The notes under the pieces are model-generated. The model was given only the letters and a program-made list of their open reading frames with translations, was not told where the DNA came from and did no database searches. Positions 62,484 to 64,000 of a stretch of 64,000 bases of DNA are shown here, piece by piece. How positions within the stretch are numbered: the stretch's first letter is position 1; each line of letters opens with the position of its first letter. The stretch covers positions 768,001 through 832,000 of the forward strand of contig OZ244160.1 in assembly GCA_965216325.1 (NCBI GenBank), read 5' to 3'. A program made the position numbers and the translations under genes. The stretch comes from Coraliomargarita sp. (GTDB lineage: Bacteria; Verrucomicrobiota; Verrucomicrobiia; Opitutales; Coraliomargaritaceae).

Positions 62484-62975
62484 TTAAGCCTCACGGGCCT
62501 TCATTTGCTGGCTCAGGCGGCGGTAGAAGTTCGGGCCGTGAATTTCACGCATCATCTTGCGACGGTGATCGACTGCCAACTTGAACGCCTTCTTTTCACC
62601 ATACTTTTTGATGGAGAAAGAGGTGCATTTCTGCACACCAGGCTCTGGACGCCAGCTTACCGAGTAACACTCGTGCTTGGTGCCGTTGGGGCCGATTTTA
62701 GTGGTGCGCGATACGCCGAGCTCACCTGTTGTATTGCGGGAGTCGGATACGACGATGCGGCGCTGGCGTGGCTTCTTCGGAATCGCTTCGAGCTCCTCGT
62801 TCAGCTCATCACGATAAGCCTTTGCTAACTTTTGAGCTTTGCCCTTACCGCCGCATTTACGGTCGCTGAAGAGCTTGGAGTAGGTCTTACCATTGCGGTA
62901 ACCGCGAACGAACCAACCGTGAGTTGACCCGGAATCGATACGGCTAATGCCTTTATTTGCTTTTGATCGTGCCAT
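62484..62975 (-). CDS. Basic protein with two AP2/ERF-like DNA-binding domains
   Basis: GISRI...GWFVR...KLFSD..GG..A..LA..YRD and NTTG.LGVSR...W...FSIKKYGEKKAF.LA...R; start ATG 62975. Confidence 0.7.
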   Translation of the reverse strand: MARSKANKGISRIDSGSTHGWFVRGYRNGKTYSKLFSDRKCGGKGKAQKLAKAYRDELNEELEAIPKKPRQRRIVVSDSRNTTGELGVSRTTKIGPNGTKHECYSVSWRPEPGVQKCTSFSIKKYGEKKAFKLAVDHRRKMMREIHGPNFYRRLSQQMKAREA

Positions 62976-63305
62976 TGTATTATGTGTTTTTGAATAAGGG
63001 GGAACTGTTCCAGACAATTGAAGAACTTAACGTAATAGCGTTTCTTAATTCTTTCAACTAACGAGAACGATTAGTATTTCTAAACAAACCTTACAGAAAA
63101 AAGGTCCTTTTTTAAATTGCAATTTTTTAATCTTCCATCTTGCAGATGCTAAATTACTTACGATTTTTTACATTTGCTCACTATTTGCGTTGTTAATGCG
63201 CTTTTAAGATTAGTTTTTTTATGTTTTTGATCCATGTGGAAGGGCTTATATTTTTACGATTTGTGACATTGCCTAGGAGCACGCTTCGGGGCAGCTTATT
63301 CCAAA

Positions 63306-63950
63306 GTGGATAGGGAACTAAAAGTTAAGGTTTGCGGCCTCACCAGAGAGCAGGATGTGCAACACGTCCTTGAACTCGGTGCAGACTATTGTGGTTTTAT
63401 AGTCTATCCTAAGTCGCCACGTGGGTTGGATTTGGCAACGGCGCAAGGCTTGGCTTTACAAGTTCCTGAGGGAAAGCGTGTAGTGGTTGATGTTGAGCCT
63501 TCAGTTCGGCTGCTGGAGACTTATCTATCTGCAGGCTTTGACTATTTTCAGCTACACACTCGTGGTGGCTTTGATGCGGCTCTCTGTGCGGAATGGAGCG
63601 AATTGGTGGGGCCGGATCGTTTGTGGCTCGCACCGCGTTTGGCGCCGAATGAAGCCTTTCCGCTAGACTGCCTAAGGTATGCACGGACGATCTTATTGGA
63701 TACTTACTGCAAAGATCAGGTTGGTGGCACGGGCAAAACCGGCGACTGGGGCCAGTTCGCTGAACTGTCGCGAGCGCATCCGGACACTACATGGATTTTG
63801 GCGGGAGGCTTAAATCCAGACAATGCGTTAGCTGCGATCGAGCACACCGGAGCGCAGCATCTGGATTTCAACAGTGGCGTGGAATCGGCACCTGGTGTAA
63901 AGGATCACGCCAAGCTCCTCGCTTTGTTTCGACAGTTGGGCCGCGCCTAG
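63306..63950 (+). CDS. trpF: Phosphoribosylanthranilate isomerase
   Basis: KVKVCGLT, SPRG, QLH, LLDT, GGTG, LAGGLNPDN, SGVESAPGVKD. Confidence 0.95.
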   Translation: MDRELKVKVCGLTREQDVQHVLELGADYCGFIVYPKSPRGLDLATAQGLALQVPEGKRVVVDVEPSVRLLETYLSAGFDYFQLHTRGGFDAALCAEWSELVGPDRLWLAPRLAPNEAFPLDCLRYARTILLDTYCKDQVGGTGKTGDWGQFAELSRAHPDTTWILAGGLNPDNALAAIEHTGAQHLDFNSGVESAPGVKDHAKLLALFRQLGRA

Positions 63951-64000
63951 TTGGAACATTACCAACTGCGTGAGGGGGCGACGCGTAAGGTTTCGTAGCG

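Overview
Bacterial chromosomal window. PEP-CTERM/exosortase, a Minf_1886-type gene and the overall gene content suggest a Verrucomicrobiota (Opitutales-like) host; this is inference. Most of it is housekeeping: alr, tsaB, ribB, trpA, glgP, hemL, nadE, folA, thyA, rpsU, ligA, ybeY, phoH, glgA, trpF. Three regions stand out. (1) 250-6647: an Rrf2/NsrR-type cluster with c-type cytochromes, a truncated globin, a NirB-like flavoprotein that lacks the siroheme domain but ends in a His-containing membrane module, and an 11-heme cytochrome c. (2) 35529-36567: three tandem 345-bp units, each carrying a REP-like 26-bp inverted repeat. (3) 43172-52037: a complete chromosomal integron with an N-terminally extended IntI, attI and nine cassettes, two of them toxin-antitoxin pairs and two with compensated GAT/ATC cores. 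Inside the array is the strongest novelty candidate: a ~2.5-kb element encoding a tyrosine recombinase plus an IS91-type HUH/Y2 transposase. It is built like a gene cassette with its own attC-like hairpin and is inserted backwards, precisely into the R'' box of a resident attC. No rRNA, tRNA or CRISPR array was seen. All calls are from reading motifs by eye; no database searches were run.
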